A stretch of DNA of 64,000 nucleotides from Octopus vulgaris (GCA_951406725.2 OX597814.1:111538001-111602000), one strand, 5' to 3'; counted from the first letter of the stretch, positions 24,669 to 38,596 are shown. The notes: generated by a model from the letters alone, not told the origin. Made by a program: numbers and translations.

Positions 24669-25789
24669 TTAAGGATACAAGTGTCTGGGGGATACTCGTG
24701 CCATTTATACTGTAATATAGTAAATGTGTAGTTTTGGTTGAACAACTGGCACTCTCGTCTGTCAAAGTTGGCCAGAGATCCAAAATTTGTGATGTATTTC
24801 TGTATCTGGTTATGTTTGTTTATTGAAGGTTGCAAATAACATTAGACTTGCACGAAACAGAAACCCCTGCCAAATACCTTCAGCACAAAAGACAAATCGT
24901 TGGCTGGCAACAAATATAAACCAAAAACTTCAGTCACTCTTGTTTGTAAAAGAATATCATCTAAGTAGGCCTGGCCAACTCAGATTACATTGTGGGCCAC
25001 TTTAATCACAGAAAGTTTTTGAGGGCCGCTTGTATACTGACAGAATTGAAAGGATTTTGCTTTCTCATGCTATTATTACAATAATGAATGAAAGATCGTT
25101 GATTTGACATGAAATATTCACCATCATCATCATCATCATCATTTAATGTCTACCTTCCATGCTGGCATGGGTTGGACAGTTTGAGGTCTGGAGAGCCAGC
25201 GGCTGCACCAGGCTCCAATCTGATGTGACAAAATTTCTACAGCTGGATGCCCTTCCTAATGCCAACCACTCTGAGAGTGTAGTGGGTGCTTTTTACATGC
25301 CACTGGCACAGGAGCCAGCCAGTCAGTCAGGCAGGCTTGGCATTGATCACATTCGGCCAGTGCTTTTTACGTGCCACCGGCACTTTATGTCAATACTTTT
25401 ACTGGACTATGATCATACTGGAGCATCATGTTCAAAAGAGCCAAAATAATACTGCAAGGCACTTTTCTGATGCTCTAACAATTCTACAAATTCATCAATA
25501 ATAATAATAATAATCATTATAATCCTTTCTACTATAGGCACAAAGCCTGAAATTTGGAGGAGGGGGCTAGTTGATTACACTGACCCCAATGCTTAACTGG
25601 TGCTTATTTTATTGACCCCAAAAGGATGAAAGGCAAAGTCAATAAAATTATGCAAAAACAGTATCTTTCTTTTTTTTCTTTTCATTACAATCTTTAATTT
25701 TTGGTAATTTAAAAAAAAATGTTCATTTAAATAAACCCATTTCAAGAAAGTATCAAGCAGGCCACATGTGGCTTGTGAGCCCTGATCTA

Positions 25790-26043
25790 GATCTTAAAGG
25801 GGGTTTATATGGCCTTTGGGGACTACATAAGATTTTGTTGTTAAAACTTATGTGCATTGAATTGGTTATACTTCCCTAATATACAAAATATGTTAGCAAT
25901 TTCTTTTTCATACAGTTCCTAATGATATTTAATTATAAAAATATAATAGAATTTTTTTAAACATCGAATGGCTATGAGGGTCCACTTGAGTAAAACTAGG
26001 AATCAAAGGTTCCAGCAGTAGAAAAGATGGTTGAGAACCACTG
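25790..26043. mobile_element. hAT (Charlie-like) MITE, second copy at ~38095-38340
   Basis: Ends GGTTGAGAACCACTG; internal similarity between the two loci (GGTCCGTATGACC.../AAGATTTTGTT.../TAATTATAAAAATATA). Confidence 0.55.
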
Positions 26044-28409
26044 ATTTTTTTAGATACCTTTTCTGAACAATCTGGATAGACTGAGAAAATATAATGAATA
26101 AAGATGTGTGTGTGTGTGTAAAAATGATTATGTGGTGTGGCTGTGTGGTAAGAAGGTTGCTTCCCAACCACATGGTTCTGGGTTCAGTCTCACTGTGTGG
26201 CACCTTGAGCAAGTGTCTTCTATAGTCTTAAGCCGACCAAAACCTTGTGAGTGGATTTGTTAGATGGAAACTGAAAGAAACCTGTCGTATACATACATAC
26301 ATACATACATGCATATATGTGTATGTTTGCCCCCCCCCCAATCGTTTGACAACCAATCTTGGTGTGTTTATATCTCTGTAACTTAGTGATTCAGCAAAAG
26401 AGACCGATAGAATAGGTACTAGACTTACAAAGAATGTCCTGGGGTCGATTTCTTCGACTAAAGGTAGTGCTCCAACATCGCTGCAGTCAAACAACTGAAA
26501 CAAATAAAAGAATATATATATATAAAGATGAATATATATGAAAATATGAAGGTGTGTGCCAGTGTTCGTCCCACCATCAGTCCTTGAGTACTGGTGTTGG
26601 TTTATGCCTGCATAAGTTAGCATTTCAGCGCCATTGACCAACAACAAAAGTAGCAGAATTAAATAAGTGCTGGAGTGGTTGGCGTTAGGAAAGGCATCCA
26701 GCCGTAGAAACCATGCCAAATCAGACTGGAACCTGGATCAGCTCTCTGAATCTTCAGTTCCAATCAAACTGTCTAACCCATGCCAGCATGGAGAGCAGAT
26801 GTTTGATGATGATGATGATAAAAACTTTCAAGGCAGTGTTCCAGCATGGCTGCAGTCCAATGACTGAAACAAGTAAAAGATAACATATTGAGACTTGCAG
26901 AATGAAAAATATATTGGTGGAACCTAAAAATAGCACCACATTAAAACATAACTGACAACTGCATATTGCTGTTGAAGGTCACAAAATAGAACCTGCTCTG
27001 TTGTGAAAATCAACTGTTGACTTGATACCAGTTAAGAAAAATACAGAAGATATTTGAGGACCATTAGTGAGAAGGTTGTAAATCGGATGCACGAAATATA
27101 CTTCTCAGCTTCATTCCTATTATTGTTATTGAAGTGACGGGATACCATGTTACCTTGATCAAAGCGTGACTGAACTTAGATTCTTGGGGAAAGAACACTG
27201 CTTCATAATTAGTACACCACAAATGATAATTATGATATCTGGGATAATAAAAAGCTGCAAGGCATTAAAATTTAAAAGATGAATTGTTGTAGAGTGTGAC
27301 AAACACAATGAGGCCCTTTTCCTTTATATCCTTGCCATTGAACAGGTGACTGTTCAAATTGAACTCTTAAAATATTCTAGTCAAGAAGAGAGCAGCATGT
27401 GCATACCTATGTACATATACATGCAGGCTTATTTCCTGTGCTTATTTCTCCATGATGTGTTGCTTTTTGGTGTTTAGAATACATGACCTGACCCAGATAA
27501 ACCTCATCATTGATATAATTTATGTAAACCTAACATATGGCGAGAACTTATATAAACACAGCAAAACTTTTCCGCAAGAAATATTTATTATTTATTTTAA
27601 ATATGTTTTTAAATTGGATTCCAGAAATTGCTAGTTAAAAAAATGAAGTCCTTGTCGATTGTTCCTAGTGACTACTCGTAGCCTATTGATTTTAATTCTT
27701 ATTGTTTCATTTGGCTGTCATCTGTTAGTAAATGAAGTTGTAAAAATAACTGTGAGAGCTAATCAGACACTTCTCAACGAGGTAAGCTTAATGACTCGCA
27801 CCTTCTATACTGTTGAATTATAAACACAAAAGAAGTCACCTAGTCAATCCACATAAATCTATTATCAACAGTTTTAATCTGTGTTTATTAAAATGCCAGT
27901 GGTTTGGCTTTTGTAAGATCAAAGATTTAACTATTAAATCACACTTGTCATTCTCATGCGTGTGTGTGTGTGTGTGTGTGAGACCATGGCACATGTTTAT
28001 ACATAAGACAAGTTTGATTCCTAGTTTTTATTTTTTCCTTCCTGAAATAAATTTCTGATCTGCATAGGTTTAATGTCATTTATGCAAAAGTGAACTTTTC
28101 CTTTTTAATGTAAGAAATCTTCTTTATCAAATGTGATTGTTTGTAGCCATAAAGCAATCGGGGAATAAAGTGAGGCTGTGAAAGTCCTCATTTTTTCCTT
28201 CTCTTTTTGTTGTTTCCTTTTATTTTATTTATTTTTGTTTTTTTGCCACAGCTTCTGTTGACTTTGTTTAGCTAAGTCGTTTGTATTGATCAGGATTAGA
28301 AGATTTATTGTTGTTATGTTTAGCTTATTCATTTATCCTATCTGATTTGACATTTCTCTGTGTTTCTTTAATCAATCCTGGCCAACTTTATGTATTAATT
28401 ACTTGTAGT

Positions 28410-28850
28410 AAGGTGGCGAGCTGGTAGAAACGTTAGCACACCGGGTGAATTGCTTAGTGGTATTTCATCTGTCTTTACGTTCTGAGTTCAAATTCCACCG
28501 AGGTCAACTTTGCCTTTCATCCTTTTGGGGTTGATAAATTAAGTACCAGTTGCGTAATGGAATTGATCTAATTGGCTGACTCCCTCCCACAAAATTTTGG
28601 GCCTTGTGCCCAAAGTAGAAAAGAATAATTTTTAAAGGCAGCGAGCTGGCACAGTGGTTAGCATGCTGGGTGAAATGCTTAGTGGTATTTCATCTGTTTT
28701 TACGTTCTGAGTTCAAATTCCACCAAAGTCGACTTAGCCTTTCATCCTTTCAGGGTTGATAAAGTACCAGTTGTGTAATAAGATTGATCTAATCGACTGC
28801 CCCCCCCCAAAAAAAAAAAAATTTCAGGTCTTCTGCCTTGAGTAGAAAAG
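28410..28850 (+). mobile_element. Head-to-tail dimer of a ~215 bp tRNA-derived SINE (family M) inside one 16-bp TSD
   Basis: Two copies of GGCGAGCTGG...GAGTTCAAATTCC...GCCTTTCATCCTTT...GTAGAAAAG; ATTAATTACTTGTAGT at 28394-28409 and 28851-28866. Confidence 0.9.
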
Positions 28851-31800
28851 ATTAATTACTTGTAGTGCAACCATTTTATAAGGATTGTCATTTGGATTAT
28901 AAACCAAAATAATATATTCAATTTCCTTAGAGTTTATGCAACAGTTTAGGTCACTTTTATCAATCCTTTGTTAATTCAATCTGTTTATGGATGCAGGCAT
29001 TGCTGTAGCTCACTTCACAGTTGAATGGTTTTCAGTTTTAACCCATTGCATTACATCTTTTCTTTTATTTTCTTTTAATTGTTTCAATCAATAGGCTGCA
29101 ACCATGCTCTGGTACCATCTTGAAGAATTTTTAGTCAAATAAATCAACCCCAATACTATTTTTTTAAAGTCTGGTACTTAACCTATTGGTCTCTTTTGCC
29201 TAACTGCTAAGTCATCGTGACATAAACACACCAACACTGGTTGACAAGTGGTGGACACACACATACACAGGTTTCTTTCAGTTTCAATCTGCCAAATCCA
29301 CTTAAAAGGCTTTGGTCAGCCCGACGCTACAGAAGACAGTTGCCCAGGTGCCACGCAGTTGACTGAACCTGGAACCATGTGGTTGGGGATTAAGCATCTT
29401 ACCACATAGCCACACCTGTACACCTACTTTCAAGTAAAATTGGCTGGGGACAAATAACGATGTATGACCAAAAGCAGAACACTATATCAGTGGTACATCA
29501 TTGTCATATGTCTATTTCCCATACTCGAATGGGTTGGACAGCTTCTCTCCCACACACAATCCTGTCACTTACGATACTTTGTTATCTCTTTTTTTATTTT
29601 GTTTTAAGGCTCAGCATCCTGAGACCAGCTTTCACTGCTTCTGCCCATGTCTTCCTCCGTCTTCTTATTCTACTGGTTCCGTCTTGCTCCCTCTGTTGTC
29701 CTCCACATTCATTACACAACCAGCACAATCTTCTTACTTGCACACTTTTAAAGCTGATTCCTCTTATTCACAGTTTTTCTCTCAGCTCATCTGTGTCACA
29801 TTGCTTATCATCATCATCATCATCGTTTAACGTCCACTTTCCATGCTAGCATAGGTTGGACGGTTCGACTGGGGTCTGGGAAGCCAGGAAGCTGCACCAG
29901 GCCCAGTCTGATTTGGCAGTGTTTCTACAGCTCAATGCCCTTCCTAACGCCAACCATTTCGTGAGTGTAGTGGGTGCTTATCTCCAGTGGATCATACTTG
30001 ATCCCCATGTCTCCTGCATCCCTTGATCATGTCTCACCACCATGCAGTGTCTCAGTTTGTGCACAAGCATCATACATAAATAAATTCATAGACACATAGT
30101 TCCTAGTTTCTCTGGTTTAGACAGATCATGTAAGTGAACTACTTTTGAAGTGTTAAACATTAAATATTGAAGGTGGACTGCAGTTAGGAGGAAATAACAT
30201 GTGTTGATCTTTTGTTTTCGATAGCTGTGGTACTATGAGCTAAAAAATTTGACCAACATTATCTGAGTGCAGGTTGAGGTTTTCCATTTCAGCATGGCTT
30301 TAATGAGAAAAAAGTCAGCGAAATGATTACTGTAAGATTACTTCAGGATGTCTTGTTTATCAATCTTACTGATAATATATTTGCATATAAACTTGAAACT
30401 GTGTTTATGAGGAAGCCTAGCATAATTGAATAGATAGCCTTTGTACTTGTGTGTGTGTGCACACACAAACACATTCACATAAATGTAAATTACATTTTTT
30501 TTAATTTGTGACACGACTCCACTTGCAACGGAGTTTAAGGGTGGGTGGGTGAGATGAGGATATTAAAAAATTAAACATTTTGTGTCCTGTTACTCTCAAT
30601 AAAATGAGAGCCAATAGCAAGCTCTTTTTCTATTTGCTATAGACAGGATTACTTACTTTCCTACAAGTGAAGCTTTAAGCGTCATCTTTTAGCCATATGA
30701 AGCCCAAATATTCTACATGGTTTACATTCAAATTGACCAAATTCGGCTTCTAAATGCTAAAGGATTTAATGTTTCCCCCATTTTGATTGGTCATAAACAT
30801 TGCATGTGTGTGTGTGCATTTCATATTGTTTTTACATTGTACAACCTTGAAGGGTTAAGTTGTATTTATTTGTTTCAAGGTCTGGTATTTATTCTGTCCA
30901 CCTCCTTTGCTGATCTGCTTGGTTATGAGGTCGTAAAGAAAAGAAAAAACACCAGTTGTCAAGCAGTGACAGGCAACACACACACACACACACACACTCT
31001 GTGATGGGCAACCGCAGTTTATGCTTACCAAATCCACTCACAGGGTATTGGTCAGCCCATGGCTGTAGTAGAAGACATTTGCCCAAGGTGCCATGCAGTG
31101 GGGTTGAACCTGGAACAGTGCGGTTAGGAAGTAAACTTCTTGCCACATAGCTGCTGCTTTTCTATGTGCAGGTTTCAGACATAATTTGTTTGAGTTCAGT
31201 TCCTCTGTGTGGCTGGCACTTTGGACAAGTGTCTGCCTTGAGAGTGGATTTGATAGAATGAAGCTGAAAGCAGTCGACTGTCTGGGTGTTTGTGTTTCCT
31301 TGTCTTGACTTCACATGATAGGTATGAATGAATGTTGCATTCATGCAAAAGGTGCCATTTATTTCTGATCTTCTATAAAAATGTGCCTGGCCATGGGGAA
31401 ATATAACCTTTCTTGGAAACGGGTGAAAGTTGGTGACAGGAAGGACATCTGGCCAAAGAAAATATGTCTTGGCAAATAACGTCCTAGTCATACAAGTATG
31501 GTAAAGGGAACAGTAAAACAACTGTCATCATCATCATCATCATCATCATCATCGTTTAATGTCTACTTTCCATGCTGGCATGGGTTGGACAGTTTGACTG
31601 ATAACTGGCAAGCCAGGAGGCTGCACCAGGCTCCAATCTAATCTGGCAAGGTTTCTACAGCTGGATGCCCTTTCTAATGCCAACCACTCTGAGTGTAGTG
31701 GGTGCCTTTTACATGCCACTGGCACGGAAGCCAGTCAGGCGGCACTAGAAAAAAATCAGAAAAAACTGGCATTCTGTCAGTTATGACAATGACGAGAGTT

Positions 31801-32157
31801 CCATTAGATCTGATCAATGGAATGACCTGCTAGTGGCTGAGCACTTGTGCACCCTTAACATGGTTCTCAAAGAGATTCAGTATGACACAGATTGTGATGA
31901 AGTGAACCCTTTGAATTACAATTCGTTTTTGCCAGCTGAATTGACTGGGACAATGTGAAATAAAGTGTCTTGCTCAAGGATACAATGCACTACTGGGTAC
32001 TGAACTCGTGACCTTGTGATTGTAAGCCGAATACCCTAACCACTTGGTCACACGGCTTCACTAATGCTGTTACACTTGTGCAAACACAGAGAAATACAGT
32101 TCATGAAAATAACCAAGTAATTATAGCTTTTGTAGAAATGGAAACATAAAAGTCGCC

Positions 32158-32587
32158 CAGTTCTAAATTTAAGAGATGAGGAATTATTTACATTATTTAC
32201 ATTTGACGGATATTTGTCCTCATCTTGTTTCTTGTTAATACGTTTCGGCTGATATACCCTCCAGCCTTCATCAGGTGTCTTGGGGAAATTTCAAACCTGG
32301 GTTCTCATTCTTAAGGTATTTTTCAATGTTGTTGTTGTTATTATCATTATTATTATTATGCCCACGGGCATGGTGTAGTGGTTATGAGTGCGGGCTACTA
32401 ACTCCAAGCTTCTGAGTTTGATTCCAGGCAGTGACCTGAATAATAACAACAAAAATACCTTAGGAATGAGAACCCAGGTTTGAAATTTTCCCAAGACACC
32501 TGATGAAGGCTGGAGGGTATATCAGCTGAAACGTGTTAACAACAAACAATTTGAGGACAAATATCTGTCAAATGTAAATAATGTATA
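32158..32587. mobile_element. Inverted two-arm element (family 1): tRNA-like head, (AAT)n, hammerhead-like tail, plus an inverted tail copy
   Basis: ~32185-32325 is the reverse complement of ~32450-32587; head 32366-32437 with A/B boxes; GACAC CTGATGA AGGCTG...CAGCT GAAAC at ~32495-32535; imperfect TSD ATAAAAGTCGCCC 32146-32158 and ATAAAAGTTGTCC 32585-32597. Confidence 0.85.
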
Positions 32588-32927
32588 AAAGTTGTCCTTT
32601 ATCATCAGTTGCTAATTTATTCTAGTATTCTGTCAGTTCTCTGCTGGTGTCAGCTGTTGCATAGGAATGTTTTTGCCTAGAATTGATCAATTTTCTTTAA
32701 TGACTTAGCAGAATGTTGGTGACTATCTTCTGGAATATCAGACCTCCCCCAAAAAGAAGTTCGTGCTAATAACAATATCTATCACTTCATATCTTCAGGG
32801 CCCACCCTGACACCTCATCACCTCTATTTTCATCTCTTTCCAGTTCTACTCTACCCACTTTCCCTTCTGTTTTGTAATATGAGTAGGTGTGTATCTCCCC
32901 TACAGCAAGAAACCCATTCTGTTCTGA

Positions 32928-32958
<31 letters not shown>

Positions 32959-33525
32959 ACTTTGTCCCCTTATCCCCTAGCATAAAACTGCATGACAACC
33001 TCACTAATGCTGGTACCACAAAAGAAAGCACCCAGTGCACTCTACAGGGTGGTTGGTGTTAGGGAAGGCATCCAGCTGTAAAAACCATTTCACAGCAGAC
33101 ACTAGAACACAATTCAATCTCTGGACTTGTTGAATCCTCATAAACTGTCCTGTCCATGCTAGCATGGAATATGGACATTAATTGGCCATATTATTTTTCT
33201 GATGCATAGATTTTGATATTTTTTGTAATTTTGTTTTCTTATAATTCATTTGTTAAATAAACTAACAGTTATCCTCTAATTTCTGTATTTACAAAGAGGA
33301 AAAATAGAATGTTTTTGTTTTTATTTTACTCAGTTTTTTTTTGGTACCAGTGGGAAGAAAACTCTATTCAAATAATCTTTTATAAGAGAACAAATATGTT
33401 TGTACCAATTTGATTGATAACCAGTTTATAAACCATTGGTGTTTTCAAGAAATTATATTTTTCTGTAAATTTTTTTTTTAAATGATTAAACACTCAATTT
33501 ATTGTAATTTTCCTTGAATTTTCAG

Positions 33526-33631
33526 AGGATGTATTGACAGAGGATAAAGGTGAATGTGTGATATGTTTGGAAGATCTCAAACAAGGGGACACCATAGCAC
33601 GACTTCCTTGTCTTTGTATATATCATAAAAT
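33526..33631 (+). CDS. ZNRF1/2: ZNRF1/ZNRF2-like exon encoding the N-terminal part of the RING domain
   Basis: TTTTCAG acceptor and AT|GTAAGT donor; 106 nt, phase 1 to phase 2; in frame with the previous exon, giving EDVLTEDKGECVICLEDLKQGDTIARLPCLCIYHK. Confidence 0.97.
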
Positions 33632-35832
33632 GTAAGTTGATATTTTTTCCTTTTCTCTTTTTTTCTCTTCAGTTTGGGAATTCCCCACTCCCTTGTTTTT
33701 TTGGTTTTTTTTATCTAGATCTGTCTTGTGGAATAAAGGATTGGTTTCTAAAGCGTGACTTGCAATACTCTGATATGTGTCTAGCAATCTGAAGGTGTGG
33801 GCATGACTGTGTGGTAAAAAGCTTGCTTTTCAACCACATAGTTCCAGGTTCAGTCCCACTGCTTGGTACCTTGGGCAAGTGTTTTCTGCTATAACCTTGG
33901 GCCTACCGAAGCCTTGTGAGTGGATTTGGTAGACGGAAACTGAAAGAAGCACATTGTATATGTGTAAGTATGTGTGTATCTTTGTGTCTGTGTTTATCCC
34001 CCCACCATTGCTGGTGCGTTTACATCCTAGTAACTTAGCAGTTCAGCAAAAGTGATTGATAGAATAAGCACCAGTCTTAAAAAAAGAAAATAAACAGTAA
34101 TTAGTTCTGGGGTTGATTCATTCGTGCCACAGTCTGACTGAAACAAGTGAAAGATATGTAGCCTTGTGAGATAAAGTGTTTGGAACAGACTGGAAACCAT
34201 GAATTCTGTGTTCTCTGACATGTTTAAATATCCTCTGAAGCCCTCTGAACCAACAAGAGAAGAGCAACTACCTCTCCAACCCCTGCCAGCATAGAAAGCA
34301 GATGTAAAACAGATGATGTGATAACAATGATGATAATAAATAATCAGCCTCAGCCTATAAGTAGTTTAGTCTATATGTCTGTTTAAAGTTTTGACATATG
34401 AAAAGTAACATTATAAAGAGAGTTTGTAATTCCTGGCTTATATCATCGTTTCAAAGCAGAGTAATATTTCTCCATGACCAAATGTGCTTTTGTGGAAGAT
34501 CAGTAGTCCACTCTGCAGAGTGGTTGGTGTTAGGAAGGGCATCCAGCTGTAAAATCCCTGTCGAAACAGGAACAGTAGCCTAGGGTAGTTTTTCTTCTTG
34601 TCATCTGTCCTACTCTTGCATGCATGGAAGATGGATGTTAAATATCATTGATGATGATGACGGACACTGATTCATGACTATCCCACAATGAGTGGGGTGG
34701 AGCGCACACACACACACACACACACACACATGACAAGCTTCTATCAGTTTCCACCGACTAGATCCACTGAGAAGGCTTTGGTCAGCTCGAGACAGTAATG
34801 AAAGGTGCTTAGAATGAAAGATACTTGCCCAAAGTACCACTCACTAAGATTGAACTTGTAATCATGTGATTGTGAAAAAAACTTCTTAGCTACAGAGCCA
34901 TGCCAGCAACTATTGAAAAAATCCTATACATTATATATAAAAAAAAAAAAATCAAAACTACTTGTTCCCGTGCTGGTGCCACATAAAAACCGCCTGTGAT
35001 GCTGCCATGTAAAATACACTGAGTACACTCTATAAATTATTTGGCATTAGGAAGCGCATCCAGCTGTAGAAACCATGCCAAAACTGACAATTGGGACCTG
35101 GTGCAGCTCTCCAGCTTGCCAGCCCCTGTCAACCCGTCCAACCCATGCCAGTGGTGAAAACAGATGGTAAATGAGGAGGAGGATGATCGAATTAACATTA
35201 CTGAACGAAGTACACCAATAACAAGATAACAATGTCTTCTGTGTAGCACATGTTTATGTATCCCTGAAGGCAAGCCAAGCTTTTGTTTATCAATATCCTG
35301 TTTGTTTCTCTACCTCCCCAGCAGATAGGGTATGAGAGGTGGGGTGGGGTGAAGATGCAAGAATGTGGTGGGTAGAGAGTGTGAGAGAGAGAGAGACCTA
35401 TAATGATAGGGATGGAGAACATCAGGTACATAGGAGTGAATATAGTGAGTGGTGAATAAAGGGTAGAGTTAGTCGATGGCAGACATGAGCTGGCATTATG
35501 CATGAAGCATTGGCACCAATAGGATGAGGAAGGGGTAACTGGGAGTATAGAGAGGGGCTGAAATATTCAGTTCTCCCCACATTTAATTACAGCAGTAGAA
35601 TAATTCAAACTGAACATCAACTGCATGAATCTCAGTGAGGGACAGCTGTTACTCTGTTGCTGCTTATTAACAAGAACCAATATGTTCAAAGCAGATTTGA
35701 ACCCAGACGTAGGAGCTTTGCTTCTATATCTAGAGTGATGTACTGAATACATGAATAGAAATATAATTTTAATCCTTTTGGCATTCAGAATTATTCCGTT
35801 AAATATGATGCTTATTCATTCACATTGATTTG

Positions 35833-36275
35833 AACCACCTCTGGCTCTGTAGTACAAATGTCTTGTTTTCAAAACTTCTCAATTAAAATCTTCCACCAAA
35901 CCTTAGTCACAATTTATGTTCCTAACACCAGCTGAATGATAACTAAGTTATTTTACTAAATTCTCTGTTATATTTAAAGTAATTGAAAGCAACACTGAGC
36001 ATCTCAACAGAAATATTGTAACAAAAGGGTTAAGATATACAATAGAGAAACAGTTCGTAATCCTTTTGTTACCAACCTGGCTGAAACCAGCTCTGGCTCT
36101 GTAGTACAAATGTCTTGTTTTCAAAAGTTTTGAATTAAAATCTTCCACCAAACCTTAGTCACAATTAATGTTCCTAACACTAGCTTAATGATAACTAAGT
36201 TATTTACTAAATTCTTTGTTATATTTTAAATTAACTGGAAGAAACACGGAGCATCTCAACAGAAATATGGTAAAA
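35833..36275. mobile_element. Direct tandem pair of P2 MITEs with a ~30 bp spacer
   Basis: Two copies of CTCTGGCTCTGTAGTACAAATGTCTTG...GAGCATCTCAACAGAAATAT. Confidence 0.85.
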
Positions 36276-37810
36276 AATGATCTCTGCCTTCCTGAGCTAG
36301 TTTTCCTCCACATTTCTTAAAAATCATGGTGGAGGCCTTGGTCTTGGGATCACTCATGTCTAGAAACTAAGGTTGGGAATAAGCAAGGGGAGGCTCCTCA
36401 TAGAAAAGCTTCATGATAGCAAGGGAGAATGGGCACCAGCCAGCCCAAAGGTTGGGGTGGGCTACACTTGCCTGCCTTGTGAGTGAAATTATTTGATGGA
36501 AACTGTGGAAGCCCATTGTGTATTTTTTATATATAAATGTGTGCATGTGTGTGTCTGTATGTATGTTCCTCCACCATCACATAACTGATGCTGGTTTGTT
36601 TATATCCTTGTCACCTAGCAATTTTGGTGACGAGGATATAAACAAGCACCACACTTAAATAAGTCCTGGGATTGATGTGTTTGTCCAAACCCTTCAAGAT
36701 GGTGCTGCAGCATGGCCAGAGTCCAGTGACTGATATAAAAGCTAAAAGATATATATTAGAAATAATTATGTGGGATGGGGGTGAAACCTCACATTTCTAA
36801 ATGGTTTTATTTTCCTATGACAATCAATTTATCATCTTGTATATCTACTTAGCGACACATTTGTCACTATTTCCCCCTGCATCCCTCTTCAGCTGAGCAG
36901 TCCTAAACTTGTGGGCTTGTGGGTACTGGGCCACGTAAAAAAGCACCTGTGCCAGTGCCACGTAAAGGCACCCAGTACATTTCTGTAAAGGGGTTAGTGT
37001 TAAGGAGGAAGGCATCCAGCCGTAGAAACCATGCCAAAACAAGCACAGAGCCTGAGCAGCCCTCCAGCTGACTAGAACCTGTCAAACTGACCAACCCATG
37101 CCAGCATGGAAAATAGACATTAAACACTTATGATGATGATAAGTTTTGCTGATGAGTTCAGAATAACTCTAAAATGTCCATGGTTATCTCTTGCATTTGC
37201 GAGTATAAAGTTAAAATATCAGTCATTGCCAGTACCGCCTGACTGGCCTCTGTGCCGGTGGCACGTAAAAAGCATCCACTACACTCAGAGTGGTTGGCAT
37301 TAGGAAGGGCATCCAGCTGTAGAAACTCTGCCAGATCAAGATTGGAGCCTGGTGCAGCCATCTGGTTTGCCAGCCCTCAGTCAAAATCGTCCAACCCATG
37401 CTAGCATGGAAAGCGGACGTTAAATGATAATGACTAATATTGTTTTTTTTTAATTTTTAATGCTATCTGCATAATTATTGGTTTTAAATTTGCTTTTCAA
37501 TGCTCAATGCATTAAATATGCTAATGTTATGTTTTTACTGATGGCATGCTTCAGTGATGCTAACAGTCCAGTCTCTGCAAAAGTCATGGTAGTGGGTGGG
37601 GGTGATGACAGTGGGGTGGGTGAGTGGTTTGAATTGGTATGTGACAAATCGTTTGAAATAGAAAGTCTTTTTAAAAAAATGAAACCTGATAAATCAGTTC
37701 CCAGCCACATCCCTAAGCATCTAGGCCTTGTAACATGTTGGTTCCTGTTTCATTGCTGTTAGATCACAACAGCATCACTTTGCCATCTCATCATTTAGCA
37801 TTCTTTTTTG

Positions 37811-37813
<3 letters not shown>

Positions 37814-37905
<92 letters not shown>
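37814..37905. repeat. (CT)n microsatellite, about 45 units
   Basis: Direct reading. Confidence 0.97.
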
Positions 37906-37907
<2 letters not shown>

Positions 37908-38452
37908 CCCTACATGATCTGTTTATGCTGCTCAGACAATATGAATTATGATCAAAGTAGCTTTACATCTTCCTTTCATTAGCATTATTGTTTTAAGTAA
38001 AGACATAGTATTGAATTATAGAATTGGCTGGTTCAGAAAAATAGTTGATGGGATGAGTTAGTGTTTCATGGAGCAGTTATTGTTTGTTTAACTCGGCTCT
38101 CAACCAGGGTCCGTATGACCCTTGGGGCCCCGTAAAAGATTTTGTTAATTATGTGCAATAAATTGGTTATTCTCCTACATTACAGAAAATATTTTAGCAA
38201 TTATTTTTTATACAATTCCTTGATAATAATTAATTATAAAAATATAGGATTTTTTTAAAACCGCAAATGGCTGTTAGGGTCCAGATGTGTAAAATAGAGA
38301 TCAAAGGGGTTTGTAGACAAAAAATGACTGAAGCACTGGTTTACCTCAAGATTAACCCAGTTCAAGTTGACCTATAACCAAAAGCTGTCAAAGTATGACC
38401 CTGCAGTCCCCCTTTTTTTTCGCATTTTTGTTAAGGTAGAGTGTGTAGTGTA

Positions 38453-38483
<31 letters not shown>

Positions 38484-38596
38484 ATACACTTTTCTTGACA
38501 TCATGTGATAGTTATAAATGATCATCACCATCATACAAATGAAGTTGCTTGTTTTTGGTCTTCTCTGAAAACATGTCTGGCCAAAGGGGAAAATAT

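Larger units (their letters stand above)
17883..33525 (+). other. GT-AG intron, 15643 nt
   Basis: Bounded by GTAAGT and TTCAG; flanking exons join in frame. Confidence 0.93.

Noticed and set aside
26228-26719. 163 aa minus-strand ORF and the recurring LQLDALPNANH peptides in many ORFs
   Set aside because: Antisense translations of the abundant non-coding repeats, not a protein family.
27420-28380. Repeat-poor intronic island with isolated donor-like (27782) and acceptor-like (28250) sites
   Set aside because: No open exon could be assembled; it could be regulatory but the sequence alone gives no support.
32366-32437. Possible tRNA gene (also 41890-41960 and other heads)
   Set aside because: A/B boxes are present but there is no convincing acceptor stem or cloverleaf; these are repeat heads.
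36280-36480. GC-richer segment that might be an RTE 5' UTR or HDV-like ribozyme
   Set aside because: Single copy in the window and I could not build the nested pseudoknot by eye.
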